This document shows, one piece after another, positions 23,300-34,848 of a stretch of 64,000 nt of DNA. Within the stretch, counting starts at the first letter, position 1; the number at the start of each line of letters is the position of its first letter. Below the pieces are notes generated by a model. The model did not search any database. It saw nothing but the letters and a program-made list of their open reading frames with translations, and was not told where the DNA came from. This DNA comes from an uncultured Nitrososphaerales archaeon. Lineage in GTDB: Archaea; Thermoproteota; Nitrososphaeria; Nitrososphaerales; Nitrososphaeraceae. Where the stretch lies: NCBI GenBank assembly GCA_963713605.1, contig CAVQMO010000010.1, forward strand, positions 928,001-992,000. The letters are read 5' to 3'. The translations under genes were made by a program, and so were the position numbers.

Positions 23300-24538
23300 T
23301 TGCAGTCACAAAAATCCATACCCTTAGTATTAACTTCGGTCGATATTATTTTTACGTTATTATTGCTATTGATATTATCAATCTCATATTCGCTTTTTCA
23401 TAAGGCTTTTGCTGCATCGCCTCCGTTTGATCAAATTTTCATAACTGATGAAGAAACCAGTAATCAAACTAATGATTGGGTTCAAACTTATGGTAATGAC
23501 AGCACTCATTTGAGGTCTGACCATGTAAACCTACTGGCAGTAGATTATGTTAGTGATGGAAAAACTCTAGACACCACGCTTTGGTTAGCATCGAATTTGG
23601 AAAATGCTTCTACATATAGTCAACCACTCAAAAGGATTAGGTATGGTATGCTTATTGCCATTGTTTCCTTGCCTCAAACTTCAGGATATAACGGAGCAAA
23701 TTACAACTATTATATTGAAGAAGTTGATGGAAAATGGAGTGAATATCTTTACCAATTGTCATCAACGGGTTCTTCTGCGCTCATAGATTCTAAGATAAAC
23801 TATACAGAATCTTTTGGTGGCCCTACTGTAGGGCCAGGATATGTTAAACTGCAATTAAATCTAAGTTCTATAAATAATCCTACGGCATACGGCTTATCAT
23901 TTTATACTGCAGAATCCGACAAATCAAATGAAGTTAGAGATTTTACAAACTGGATTGCTATCCCTCCTGCTACTATTGACATGTCGACAAGTCCCGAGAA
24001 TATAGTCATGAGACAAGGAGAAAAGCGCCTTATTACGGCTGACGTGGATACGCCCTTTTCTAATAATGTTACAAGTATAACTTTCGTTAATGGTACAGAT
24101 TACAGTTCTAATGGCTTAAATGTATCTACACAAAGAATTCACCCTCCATTATTTGAGGTAGAGGTTTCTCCACAAACACCAATAGGAGCGTACCATATAC
24201 CGTTTGTGGCTTCAATGTTAATATCAACGACATATACGACATCGACTAACACTCCTGTTGCCACTGCTACTTTTGACACAGGAGCCACTGGAGTTGTAGA
24301 TCCAGAGTTTCAGGTATCAAAGAAATATCCAACAGTTGGATATATTACTGGTCCGGGAAATTTAACAGTAAATGTAATAGCACCACTTACTGTTAATGAG
24401 ATATTTCTGGACTTTTGGACCACATATGCGACAACCATAGCGATTGTTCTAAGTGGTATGGTGGGTGTGCTTATGACATTTATTGTAGATCATATGAGAC
24501 GTAGAAAGGAACACAAACAGAGTACGGAACACAAATAG
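23300..24538 (+). CDS. Secreted, C-terminally membrane-anchored surface protein
   Basis: N-terminal signal/TM segment, Ser/Thr-rich beta region, C-terminal TM followed by RRRK. Confidence 0.75.
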   Translation: MQSQKSIPLVLTSVDIIFTLLLLLILSISYSLFHKAFAASPPFDQIFITDEETSNQTNDWVQTYGNDSTHLRSDHVNLLAVDYVSDGKTLDTTLWLASNLENASTYSQPLKRIRYGMLIAIVSLPQTSGYNGANYNYYIEEVDGKWSEYLYQLSSTGSSALIDSKINYTESFGGPTVGPGYVKLQLNLSSINNPTAYGLSFYTAESDKSNEVRDFTNWIAIPPATIDMSTSPENIVMRQGEKRLITADVDTPFSNNVTSITFVNGTDYSSNGLNVSTQRIHPPLFEVEVSPQTPIGAYHIPFVASMLISTTYTTSTNTPVATATFDTGATGVVDPEFQVSKKYPTVGYITGPGNLTVNVIAPLTVNEIFLDFWTTYATTIAIVLSGMVGVLMTFIVDHMRRRKEHKQSTEHK

Positions 24539-25059
24539 GGAAAAATCCAATCCATCAACCTGTACTCCAGGTCTAACCGAATAAATAAAGTACCTTGATT
24601 GTACTATCAGCAAGGATATAATTATTCTGATACTAAAGTAACCTAGTCGGTGATGGCATAACAAATAACTCAAACCTATACAGCATAGGGAAGACCTTTA
24701 AAGACCAGTAAGACGTGGCAATAGTAGACAAGACTGTTTCGATTTTATTGTGATTTTATGACCATTGTGGATATATCGGCGCTAGAGGCCTCCCTCCATT
24801 TGAGGATATACTACGAAACGATGGTGCAATCAATATAGTAGTACAGGACTGGCTAGATTAACCATAAACATAGATGTATCCTGTTATCACTGATATAGGC
24901 TAGATATGAATTCAGTAAAAGAAAAGTTAGCCCTGGAGTAATCCACATGGTTCTAGCCCTCTACTGTTCCAGAATAGGCCATTTAACACACTGTGGGAAA
25001 GATGATAAAAATATATATTTCTTTCACGCGACAAAAATCACTGCGAAATAGTATCCAAA

Positions 25060-25326
25060 ATGTCTCCAAAAATATTGGCTATAATCTTTATTGGAGGAGG
25101 TATATTACTTGTCTTTGCCTTATCCGGCTTCCAAGTAACAAAACTGTTTTCTCCAGGGATTACCGAGGAAGTAGTTGTAAGCGCCAAACAAAGGGGATCG
25201 TGTATTGTTGAGGCATCTGACAGAGTCCCGAGAGAAATTTCAAATTGTCCTTACGAGGAAGGTGAGAATATAATTATCACTTATAAGGCTCAACAACCTT
25301 CAATCGAATCTCATAGAACTCTGTAA
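25060..25326 (+). CDS. Small membrane-anchored protein with two Cys
   Basis: N-terminal TM; CIVEASD...NCPY. Confidence 0.65.
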   Translation: MSPKILAIIFIGGGILLVFALSGFQVTKLFSPGITEEVVVSAKQRGSCIVEASDRVPREISNCPYEEGENIIITYKAQQPSIESHRTL

Positions 25327-25729
25327 TGGACATCGTGTTTTTTGTCATTGCGTAATCTGAAAATTCTCCTTAATTTTGGCATATTCAACTTCGCTTGGTG
25401 ACTCGATACGGGAAAAAATTGAATTGGGCGATAGTGAAGATGATGCTAGCGGAATCACAAGATCTTTCCTTGCAATGAGGCATAGATGATGCATCCTGTT
25501 ATTATCAAGATTTAATGCTAGTGATTAAATTTGTGATTAGTCGCAAGCCGATCCTATAACCGCTTATGCCCATGTCAGTTTAGGATTACCCTCTTTCTGA
25601 CATATCTCGATAAATAAGTGACTTATTTCGATTTTACATAGGGAAATTTAAGAATGGGTTTTGAGTATTATATCCAGGTAATATGCTATTAGTCGCAGGC
25701 CGTAAGAGGCGTATCAGCGGTGAGTACTT

Positions 25730-25966
25730 ATGAAAAACGACCACCAAATAGTCACTACTAATGAACTAATAGGTGTGGAGATAATAAAATATCTTCTTTC
25801 AAGGCTTGTAGTGGACCACGTTGGTATTGAGAGAATGGCGGAAGAGCTTGACCACGATGAAAAACTAGTTTCAGAGGTCTTAGATTTTTTTATAGATATA
25901 GGTTGGATTAGGCAGAACACAAATGGGACCTATCGAATAACATCGAAGGCCATCGAAAGAACATAA
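25730..25966 (+). CDS. Small winged-helix-like protein
   Basis: LVSEVLDFFIDIGWIRQNTNGTYRITSK. Confidence 0.55.
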   Translation: MKNDHQIVTTNELIGVEIIKYLLSRLVVDHVGIERMAEELDHDEKLVSEVLDFFIDIGWIRQNTNGTYRITSKAIERT

Positions 25967-26266
25967 TAAGCGTGTATGACTATTAGTTTCTATACTTCTG
26001 ATAGAGACGATAAAATTGTAATGGTAATTTGAGTTCTCATCTCAAGTGGTTTTCGATCTTGTGATGTAGATTCTGTTCTTATTTTAGAATCACACGTAAT
26101 TGTATCAATGAAGTTTACAAGAGCTAAAATCAAAATATAATAAAGACAGTCCAGGGTAGTTTAGTGGCAGTGCATTAAGTTAAACTAATTTACTGGCAGG
26201 CTAGTCAGCATTACGTACTCAAGTAAAATAAGATTTCAATTTGCTAATCGAGCGTCGAATGGCATA

Positions 26267-26410
26267 TGTCATAACTAGCGAAAGACATATTTTTCTAATG
26301 TAAGTGACCATCTCGAACGGCATGTTGTAGTTCATCACCTAGACTTGCCGGGTTACCCGGGGCCTGCAGACATCGAGCTTTATGGTCTGAAGAAGCAGGG
26401 TATATATTAG
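26267..26410 (+). pseudogene. C2H2 zinc-finger C-terminal fragment, copy A
   Basis: CHN*RKTYFSNVSDHLERHVVVHHLDLPGYPGPADIELYGLKKQG; homologous to 30800. Confidence 0.6.
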
Positions 26411-26496
26411 GATGCAACCCTATAATGGGTATTAGTGGATATTAATGTCAATAATTACCGAATATTTATATAGAAAGGGGAAGGCAACTAGCAGAA

Positions 26497-26652
26497 ATGA
26501 AGTTCTTATCAAAAGCAAAAAAAGAGATCGTTTGTGCTCTAGTTAATTGTGGCTGCCGTGGTAGAATAGAATTCAGGCGTGAATTCGAAGCATTTCTTTG
26601 TGATAGCCATCTCATGTGGGCGATTAGAAAGAACTGGGGCAGTTATGAATAA
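26497..26652 (+). CDS. Small Cys/His-rich protein, 51 aa (below the ORF track cutoff)
   Basis: MKFLSKAKKEIVCALVNCGCRGRIEFRREFEAFLCDSHLMWAIRKNWGSYE; TTTATA box about 30 nt upstream. Confidence 0.5.
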   Translation: MKFLSKAKKEIVCALVNCGCRGRIEFRREFEAFLCDSHLMWAIRKNWGSYE

Positions 26653-26919
26653 CGAGAATCTCAAATAATTCCGATTATGATTCATTAGACATAGGAAAAC
26701 GATTACGTCCCTACGGTTTATTTGTCAACCGCTATTACAACTAGGGTACATGTGAGGATAAAATCGTTAACTTCTTAATGTCTCTGACCGGGTCTGAAAG
26801 CCAGCCAAAAAGATCTTCCAGAACTTTGTTCCATTGGTCCATAAGCAGTCAACCATTGAGATGAAGGAGAGAACATATGTCCAAAGTCAGGATATGTTTT
26901 CAATGAATGTAAGTTTGAG

Positions 26920-27171
26920 TCAAGAGCCACACCCATAACAGGCTCTTATGCTTTGTATAATAGCGTCAAAGTTTTTGTTACAGTAATTGAATGATACTAA
27001 TCTACAATTCGAAGCCTGATTGCTGCTTTGTGACAGGCTTATCGCATATAAAAAATCTTTCCCAAAAATCCCTGGATCTAAAAGCTTGTTTATTCCGTTG
27101 TCGGCTAACACATCCCCATTGGCTAGTGTTGAAGAAATCATTGTTGCTCCAATGAACCCTAGCATTATCAT
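26920..27171 (-). CDS. Small secreted hypothetical protein or fragment
   Basis: Hydrophobic start; SQSSNQASNC motif. Confidence 0.35.
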   Translation of the reverse strand: MIMLGFIGATMISSTLANGDVLADNGINKLLDPGIFGKDFLYAISLSQSSNQASNCRLVSFNYCNKNFDAIIQSIRACYGCGS

Positions 27172-27414
27172 GACACAAATATAGTCCCATTCAATCCTAT
27201 TTCTAGGCAGAGTAATTAATATTTAGAATCTTCTTAAACCTGTTTATGATTCGTCAAATTCATTTATTATCACCAATACAAAATCCTATCTGGAGTCAGT
27301 TCTTGCTTGAACATCAGTTCTTGCTGACTCATCGTACATGTATTATACTCAACAAGCTACTTAGAGAGAATTGATAGACCGTCATTGCCAATCAGTTGAA
27401 TTGCCACTCTCATT

Positions 27415-27808
27415 CTAATATATAGTGCTTGCTACTATCTCAATTAGATTAGCTACTTGAATTGGCTTTTTAATGTATTTTACAATATACTTGTATTCCT
27501 CCAATTCTTTTACAAGTGTATTATTTAGATCATAAGCTGAAATAAGAATTATTTTAGTTTCATTATATTGCTTTATTGTACGAGCAACAAAATCGCCAAA
27601 CATATCCCCTAATCTATAGTCAAGTAATATCAAATGAATTTTGTTACCCCGATTCTTTTCTTCTATGAATCTCGCAACACACTCTTCACCAGAACTAGTC
27701 AAAATTATGTTGTATTTGGACTCCAGAGCTGAGCTTAAATAGTTGAAGCACGTCCCGTTCATCATCACAAACCATTACTGTTTTCTTTTCTGGTGCAGGA
27801 TTTGACAT
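27415..27808 (-). CDS. CheY-like response regulator receiver protein; frameshift near 27735
   Basis: MSNPAPEKKTVMVCDDERD, then LLDYRLGD, ISAYD, KKP. Confidence 0.8.
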
Positions 27809-28269
27809 TATTATGATAAATTATATTATGTATTAAATTATTAGGTGGTAAATTCTGTTCCAATTACTATACTAAGTGAGAAAACATCTATTTAGCAATC
27901 AACTGTATTTCCAATTATTCCTGGTCTGATGATGCATCAATATCACTGCTAGATGATATGATTGGCTGGTCAGCAAGTTGAGCAAGCACTTCGGTCTGCA
28001 CGTGGTTATTTAGTATAAATTCTTGATCAGTTGGTAAATCCTATATACACTATAATGAAAAAATGTAAAGTAGATTTCAGTGACCGTTCTTGGATTTGAA
28101 GCCCGATGAAATTCAGAGTAGCGGGGACGATCCTTAAATATTTTGATATATGACTCATTACACAATTTCTGTATAGCCACTCGTCTTACTTACACTCCTG
28201 CAGAAAATTTTAAGGAAAATAACTCGGCTCACCCGTCTTGCTTCTTCTCAATGGCTGATTCATTCGACA

Positions 28270-28303
28270 GACAGGTCCTCTGCGTATTAATCAAGGACCT
28301 GTC
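28270..28303. repeat. Perfect 10-bp inverted repeat with 14-nt spacer
   Basis: GACAGGTCCT and AGGACCTGTC. Confidence 0.75.
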
Positions 28304-28360
28304 CACATGAAGCATTAATTATTGCTCCAGTCGAAGAGTTTGCCCGGTCAGAAGCAATGG

Positions 28361-28609
28361 AGGCTGCTTACCTACTTTACGCTTAATAGATTTTGAACTA
28401 TCTTAGACATGTCAGTACACCCCTAGCTAGTCAATGATGTCAGGATAGTTCAAAATGTTCTAAAATGCTTTCTAAAATGAAAAGCAACTATCCATCTGTA
28501 TCCATCCTTCACGATGTTATACTGTTATTTGGTACCTATTGATAGGCTGCTTACCTACTTTACGCTTAATTGATTTTGAACTATCTTAGACATGTCAGTA
28601 CACTCCTAG
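28361..28609. repeat. 66-bp direct repeat pair flanking 117 bp
   Basis: 28361-28426 and 28544-28609 differ at 2 positions. Confidence 0.9.
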
Positions 28610-28974
28610 TGTGTGTTGAAATTGAAATATTAAAAGCATCAACATGACAAAACACAGCCTCACTAAACTCGCTCCCCAAAGCAAGAATGGTGAAGCTAGA
28701 TAGCGAAATTGATCGCCCGCGATGGACGGATCTAATAGCTATAATGCCTCCAATCTTTTTTAAGACGCTTGAATTTCTTAAGGCAGTAAAGCCTGATCCT
28801 GTTACTGGTAGACCAGACGAGTCGTCCATGGACTCTAAACGCAGTACAGATAGCTAAGAACCTTCCAGCTCCGGTCAGTTTTGCCCAAACTATCTTTCAC
28901 GCTATTCACGCGTTTCTATTTGTAAATGCAGTGGATAAGCCACAGTACGCCAGATATCACTGGGAGCCTGAAGC

Positions 28975-29285
28975 AGGAGTTGCTAACCAGAAGCTGGAGG
29001 AACTTCAGAATAAACCGTCATCGTATCTCTTTGAAGAGTTGGAAGAACGGCTGCGATAAGCGCCAGTGGTTCAATCTAGTCCTGCAACTTGCCGAAAAAA
29101 GCGATCCTACTGACGATCCGACATCACTATGGCCAGACGAGCATCGTCGCGTACGCATAGGGCGACGACAGTCGAAGAGATCGGCATTCCCGTAATGCTA
29201 CAAGATTCTACTCGCCTTACAGATGGCATTGAACCATCTGATGATCCAATCCTAGCTGTGCGTCGCGGCGTCTATGAAGTCTCAG
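28975..29285 (+). pseudogene. C-terminal fragment of a catalase-related peroxidase (SrpA-like)
   Basis: YLFEELEERL*...LQLAEKSDPTDDPTSLWPDEHRRVRIG...LTDGIEPSDDPILAVRRGVYEVS; GC-richer than flanks. Confidence 0.65.
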
Positions 29286-29289
29286 TGCA

Positions 29290-29552
29290 AAAGCTACCAG
29301 AAATGTCTGGTTGGTTTTGATAACATCCTGGGTAAGATATGGGATATTGCTAATAATCAGGACTCTTTGGAAAGGGACAGGCCGAAAGCGGTCTCTATAG
29401 GAATGCAAGCATATGGTATGAAGATTGATCTTTTGTCCTCGGCTACTATGGTGGAGAGAGCAGTTCAGTTTGTGGAGAGTCATCGCAAGACCAATAGTAG
29501 TTCGACTTCCCAAAACGACGCTCAAAACTTGACTATGAGGACCAGGGTTTGA
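29290..29552 (+). pseudogene. C-terminal part of a multicopy thaumarchaeal HTH protein, putative terminase small subunit
   Basis: YQKCLVGFDNIL...AVSIGMQAYGMKIDLLSSATMVERAVQFV; N-terminal HTH missing; family recognised from memory. Confidence 0.5.
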
Positions 29553-29890
29553 AAGACCAAAACGAAGTAGAAAAACAGTATTAACTAGACTCTCATAATC
29601 AGGGAATCTTGAAGTTCGACTTTTCTTTTATTGTTTCTATCATACTTATCACGATGGAGAACATCAAATAAGACATTATTGTAATTATCACTGGAATATC
29701 TTAGATATTGGCATGTTATTGGCAGTTAATCATAGGCATAGTATATTTCTAGTAGTATCATATCACGTGTCAAAGCGTATCAACATTGACGCGACACTTC
29801 TGCAGAGTTAGTTTAGATGGCTCTTTCACTGACCATTATCTGAAGCATTGGTCTCATCAATGATAAATAATACCAGATGATTATTAGAAT

Positions 29891-30728
29891 ATGAATGATC
29901 AAAAAGTTGCCGTTATTACCGGCAGTTCCAGTGGAATTGGATTAGAATCTGCACTTTTATTAGCACGTAATGGTTACAAAACGTATGCTACGATGCGGTC
30001 TCTAGAAAAAGATACATCCATAAAAACAGCAGTACAGAATGAGGGTCTCCCCATTAGGGTTGTCCAGCTAGATGTTACTGATGAGAGTTCAGTGAAGAAT
30101 GCGATAGGGCATATAATATCTGAAGTTGGCAGGATAGATATCCTCGTAAATAATGCCGGCTATGGGCTCGGTGGCGCGTTAGAGGATCTTTCAATGGAAG
30201 AGATCAAGTCTCAGTATGAAACCAACTTATTTGGACTGATAAGAGTCATTCAGGCAGTTCTACCCACAATGAGAAAACAGAAATCAGGTAGAATTATAAA
30301 TATAAGTTCGGGTGCTGGTCTCTTTGGTTATCCCGGAGGTTCAGCTTATGTTAGTACTAAATTTGCAGTTGAGGGTCTGAGTGAATCTATTGCATATGAA
30401 TTAGAACCATGTGGAATAAAAGTTATCTTGATAGAACCTGGATTTATTAGGACTAACTTTGGAAATGCAATGGTCATAGCCAAAAAAGCGCAAGACTCGG
30501 CATCGCCATACTCTGAGCTGATGCAGAAATCTATGGCTAGTACCGCTGAACTGGCAAAGAATGCATCTGATGCAGAATTAGTTGCGAATATTGTCCTGGA
30601 TGCTGTTTTCGGATCCACGTCCCCGTCTCCGATATCTGGCAGGTAAAGATGTAGAATCTTGGGCTGCAGGTAAGAAAAATATGGATGAGCTTGAATTCTT
30701 TAATATGATCAAGAGGCTTACAACCTGA
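29891..30728 (+). CDS. Short-chain dehydrogenase/reductase; frameshift near 30610
   Basis: TGSSSGIG, NNAG, YVSTK; shifted tail PRLRYLAGKD...TT*. Confidence 0.9.
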
Positions 30729-30799
30729 TAATTGTAATTTAGGCAAAATCTTTTTGCAATAGTTCAAGTATTATCGCAGAATCGAGGCTATTGATAAAC

Positions 30800-30950
30800 A
30801 TGAGCGGCTCTTTCCCAAAATGCTATTATTGCTATAGCAAAAACTTCGGCTCAGTTGACGACTATGAGCATCACGTCGTAATTAGACACCCAAAGTTGGC
30901 CGGATGTCCCGGGCCAGCGGATATCAAATAATACTGCTTAGAGCCTAAAC
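30800..30950 (+). pseudogene. C2H2 zinc-finger C-terminal fragment, copy B
   Basis: FPKCYYCYSKNFGSVDDYEHHVVIRHPKLAGCPGPADIK*YCLEPK. Confidence 0.6.
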
Positions 30951-31483
30951 GATATTCCATCTAAGCTAAAGCCAACTTTTCAGAGAATTTTAGACGACAC
31001 TAAAACTAGGAAAAAATTTGCAAAGATCTTAAATTTGCTTTAGATAGATAGTTTTCATAATTTGTTGTGCAAACGGCTTATTTATGCCGTTTATTTTCTA
31101 ACAAAGCCGTTAAGTTGGACTGCCTCAAGTCCCATAGAAACAGCTTCCTCCAGCGGGGATTTTTGTTGGGAGTAAAGCTCGAATGCTCGAGACGATATAG
31201 AAGTAGAGTATTCACTCAATTGCTTGTATCTTATTTACATCTACTACGATTTAGCTTTTGTTATCTTATGTTAATATGTAATATTGTAGTGTTATTGAGT
31301 GTAATCTCTTGTAATTTTCTATATCAGACTGATATTTGAATGAGCTCGATTGACTCCTTACAATAAATTTATCCTTTTATCCTACTCCATTTAGCTATAT
31401 TATTGCGAGACGAATTTCTTAACAATAAATTTGGCCACATGTTATTGTCATTCATTGAGTCTAGATCGTGTCCAATCTGTTCT

Positions 31484-33157
31484 CTATTCCTGAATTACTT
31501 TATGAACAAACGAGATCGCAATTGATCCTTCGCCCACGGCGGACGCAACACGCTTGATGCTGCCGTTTCGCACATCACCCACTGCAAATACCCCAGGTAA
31601 ACTGGCTTCGAGCAAATACGGTTGACGAGCAAGAGGCCAGTGTGCAACACTCAGGTTTTCAGGTGAGAGATCTAGCCCTGTCTTGATGAATCCTTTAGAG
31701 TCGAGCGCGATGCAGCCATCGAGCCAACTGGTATTAGGGTCGGCACCAGTCATGAGGAACATATGTCTGATCTTGTGTTCCTCTATCAATCCCGTTTGAT
31801 TGTTTCTCCACTTAATGGATTCTAGATGAGTGTCTCCTTGGAGAGCTATAACCTCTGTGTACGGTCGAAATACTATCTTAGGAGTTTCTTCAATTCGGCG
31901 AATCAGATATCGAGACATCTTTTCGGCCAAACTAGCAGATCGTACAAGCATGTGTATGCGCTCTGCATTCTCAGCAAGGAACACGGCAGCCTGACCGGCT
32001 GCGTTTCCTCCACCAATGACGGTCACCTCTTCTCCTTGACACAATTGCGCTTCCATAGGAGTGGCAGCGTAATAGACACCTGCGCCTTCAAAGCGCGGCA
32101 ATTTTTCGCACTGTGGCTTCCGATAGGCCGCCCCGGTTGCAATCACAACGGTACGTGCAGGAATTCTAACTCCATTCTCGACTTCAACAGCGTAAGGTTT
32201 ATGGTCGCAGTGGAGCCGAATGCCCTTGGTGATGAGAATCTCTGCGCCGAACTTCTGTGCCTGCAGATATGCTCGACTAGCAAGCTCCTGGCCTGGGATA
32301 CCAGTGGGGAATCCCAAGTAATTTTCAATTTTTGAGCTTGAACCTGCCTGACCACCAGGTGAACCCGTTTCCAACACTAGAACATCTAGACCTTCTGAAG
32401 CGCCATATACTGCAGCAGCCAATCCAGAGGGACCAGCGCCGATTATGATGAGATCGCGCACCTGGGTCTGATTAATAGATTCGTTGAAGCCAAGACAGTC
32501 CGCAATTTCCTGCTGACGGGGATTCCTGAGTACCACTTGGCCACGGCAAATCACCACTGGTATCTCGCTGGCTGCGAGATGGAAACTGTCCAACATATTC
32601 TGTACGTCGGGGTCATGTTCGAGGTCTATGTAGGAGTATGGATGTCCATTCCGCATCAAAAACTCTTTAATTCGAAGCGTATCAGCAGAATATGTCGAGC
32701 CAATAAGAACAATGTCCCCAACACCAGCGGTTATCAACTCCGCTCTACGTAGGATGAAAGCCCTCATCATAATCTCCCCAAGTTCAGCATCAGTCTGCAC
32801 TAATGTAAGCATATGCTGCCGATCTAGTTCTATCACCTTACCCGGCTTAGTGGCACGCAAACGGAACATGGTCCGTCGGCCGGACAGCGTGCCGACCTCG
32901 CCAGTGAACTGGCCAGAGCGATGTACGGTAACGAGAGTCTCAACGGCTCCCGAAGGGCGCAGAACCTCGAGCTCGCCAGAGACAACTACAAAGAATGACG
33001 CGGAGCTATCTCCCTGGTCGTAGAGAATTTCGCCACGCTTTATCGTACGTGTGCGACCGTGTGGTGTGATACGACGAATCTGTGTCGGTGTTAATTTTGG
33101 AAATATTTGCTCTATACGAGCTCTATTTAGCGGAAGAACCCTACGTGTATTATTCAT
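31484..33157 (-). CDS. Cyclic-nucleotide-binding domain fused to a thioredoxin-reductase-like FAD/NAD(P)H oxidoreductase
   Basis: N-terminal cNMP fold (GEILYDQGD, GQFTGE); GAGPSG, ATG, GGGNAA, VFAVGDV; no CxxC (YYAATPME). Confidence 0.9.
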   Translation of the reverse strand: MNNTRRVLPLNRARIEQIFPKLTPTQIRRITPHGRTRTIKRGEILYDQGDSSASFFVVVSGELEVLRPSGAVETLVTVHRSGQFTGEVGTLSGRRTMFRLRATKPGKVIELDRQHMLTLVQTDAELGEIMMRAFILRRAELITAGVGDIVLIGSTYSADTLRIKEFLMRNGHPYSYIDLEHDPDVQNMLDSFHLAASEIPVVICRGQVVLRNPRQQEIADCLGFNESINQTQVRDLIIIGAGPSGLAAAVYGASEGLDVLVLETGSPGGQAGSSSKIENYLGFPTGIPGQELASRAYLQAQKFGAEILITKGIRLHCDHKPYAVEVENGVRIPARTVVIATGAAYRKPQCEKLPRFEGAGVYYAATPMEAQLCQGEEVTVIGGGNAAGQAAVFLAENAERIHMLVRSASLAEKMSRYLIRRIEETPKIVFRPYTEVIALQGDTHLESIKWRNNQTGLIEEHKIRHMFLMTGADPNTSWLDGCIALDSKGFIKTGLDLSPENLSVAHWPLARQPYLLEASLPGVFAVGDVRNGSIKRVASAVGEGSIAISFVHKVIQE

Positions 33158-33229
33158 AGTGGTTGTCGTTTCCAGTATGGTCGCTCTTCGCTAGTCATCG
33201 CTAGGAACTTTCCGGAGTTGTCCATATGG

Positions 33230-33330
33230 ACAGCAATTTTATGTATCACATTCTGTAGTATGGCCCTCATTCTAATATGCTTGACGTATTGTTAAATCGT
33301 ATGAATTGCTATAGGTACGTATGGCTGATC
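33230..33330. repeat. ~100-bp repeat with a 45-bp identical core, copy 1
   Basis: 33266-33310 is identical to 54886-54930; flanks are similar. Confidence 0.85.
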
Positions 33331-33489
33331 AACTGGAAAGCGATACTAATAAAACGCATCAATTGGATTCAGAAATAATATCCTGATATGATTAGTAGCC
33401 CTGCATTCCAATCTAATTGAGACGATGAGAGATCATCCTAGCCTTATTGCTATTATGATTCTATGACTCCCACTACTGATTCAGGTGGA

Positions 33490-33620
33490 TAGCTACCAAT
33501 GATGAGGATGATGATGTCTTAGCCCAAGAACTATCTAGAGAGCACATGTAAATGCCAAAATAGTCCATCAACTGGACTGGAACCTTAGGTAGGTGACAAG
33601 TGCTACTGCTGTAGATAACT
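33490..33620 (-). pseudogene. C-terminal fragment of an LtrA-like gene
   Basis: Nucleotide similarity to 37225-37320 (ATGATGAGGATG...CAAGAACTATCT...GCACAT.TAAATGCCAAAATAG). Confidence 0.65.
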
Positions 33621-33838
33621 GAAAAAAGCTGAGCTGAATCTGAAGAGAGTGAAAATCGCCAGCGTGATCAGAGAACTTCAATTACATATCATTTTCTGCC
33701 CTGCAAATATACAACTGGCTACTCAGCATAGTGGATGGAGTTATGACTCATTTTGAACTATATTTTACTTCTAACTCAAATACAGGCTAATGAGTCAATA
33801 GTTAAATAGAATTACAACCAATAGTTGAAGCGAATTCT

Positions 33839-34775
33839 ATGAAGGTCGGTCTTGTATTACCTCATCTTGGCACTGAGAGGTACAAAAGAGAGTATTGAAA
33901 AAATAGCGGTTGGAGCTGAAAATGAAGGCTTTGATTCATTGTGGGTTGCAGAAAGGCTTCTATGGCCGCTAAAACCCCAGACACCATATCCGGCGACGGA
34001 AGATGGGACCTTACCCACTTTTTATCAAAGAGTATTAGATCCGTTAGAAACACTTACTTTTGTAGCCGGCAAGACAGAAAGAATAGCATTAGGCACTTCA
34101 GTCATTGATATGTTATTCCATAATCCTGTAGTTTTGGCAAAAAGGTTTGTTACACTGGATCTTCTTTCAAATGGTAGAGCGATATGCGGACTTGGTATCG
34201 GATGGTCTAAGGATGAATATCAAGCATCGAATATACCTTTTAAAGATAGAGGTAGGAGAGCGGATGAATTTGTACAAGTGTTAAAGAAAATATGGGAAGA
34301 CGACATTGTAGAGTTCCGTGGCCAGTTCTATAGCATACCATCTTCAAAGATTGGGCCCAAACCGGTGCAGAAGCCTTCAATTCCAATTTATCTAGGTGGC
34401 TATGTTCCTAATACGTTCGTTCGTATTGCCAAATATGCTGACGGATGGTTGGGATCTCACGCAGGTCCTATGGATTTTCTAGAGAAAAGTATAGCATCTT
34501 TGAATGAACAAGCAGTCCAGGTAAATAGAAATTCAAAAGGGTTTAAAAATACTGTACTAACATTTCCTCAACTAGTAACAAATTCGGGTCCCTCTAGTGA
34601 TAGTGCTAATGGTGATCAAAAACGAATTCCATTATCTGGAACAATCGATCAAATCGGCCAAGATATTAAGGATATAAAGTCTTTAGGATTCGAACAAATA
34701 GTTTTTGCATTCTCAGGATTGGAATTGGACAAAGTAATTGGAAAGGCAAAGGAACTTTCACAGTATGCCAGGTGA
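33839..34775 (+). CDS. LLM class (probably F420-dependent) oxidoreductase; frameshift near 33878
   Basis: MKVGLVLPH, GFDSLWVAER, LDPLETL, GLGIGW, PKPVQKP, ADGW. Confidence 0.9.
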
Positions 34776-34848
34776 TGAAATAATGATTAGAAAATAGTTG
34801 AGAGAAGGAAACTATGCATCTGGTTAATAATCTAGAGGAAATAGCGCC

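Noticed and set aside
28361..28609. Direct-repeat pair as a mini-CRISPR
   Set aside because: A 66-bp repeat and 117-bp spacer are outside CRISPR size ranges, and there are only two units.
31826..33023. Antisense ORFs overlapping the cNMP-oxidoreductase, and similar ones over other genes
   Set aside because: Shadow ORFs opposite well-supported genes, with no motifs.
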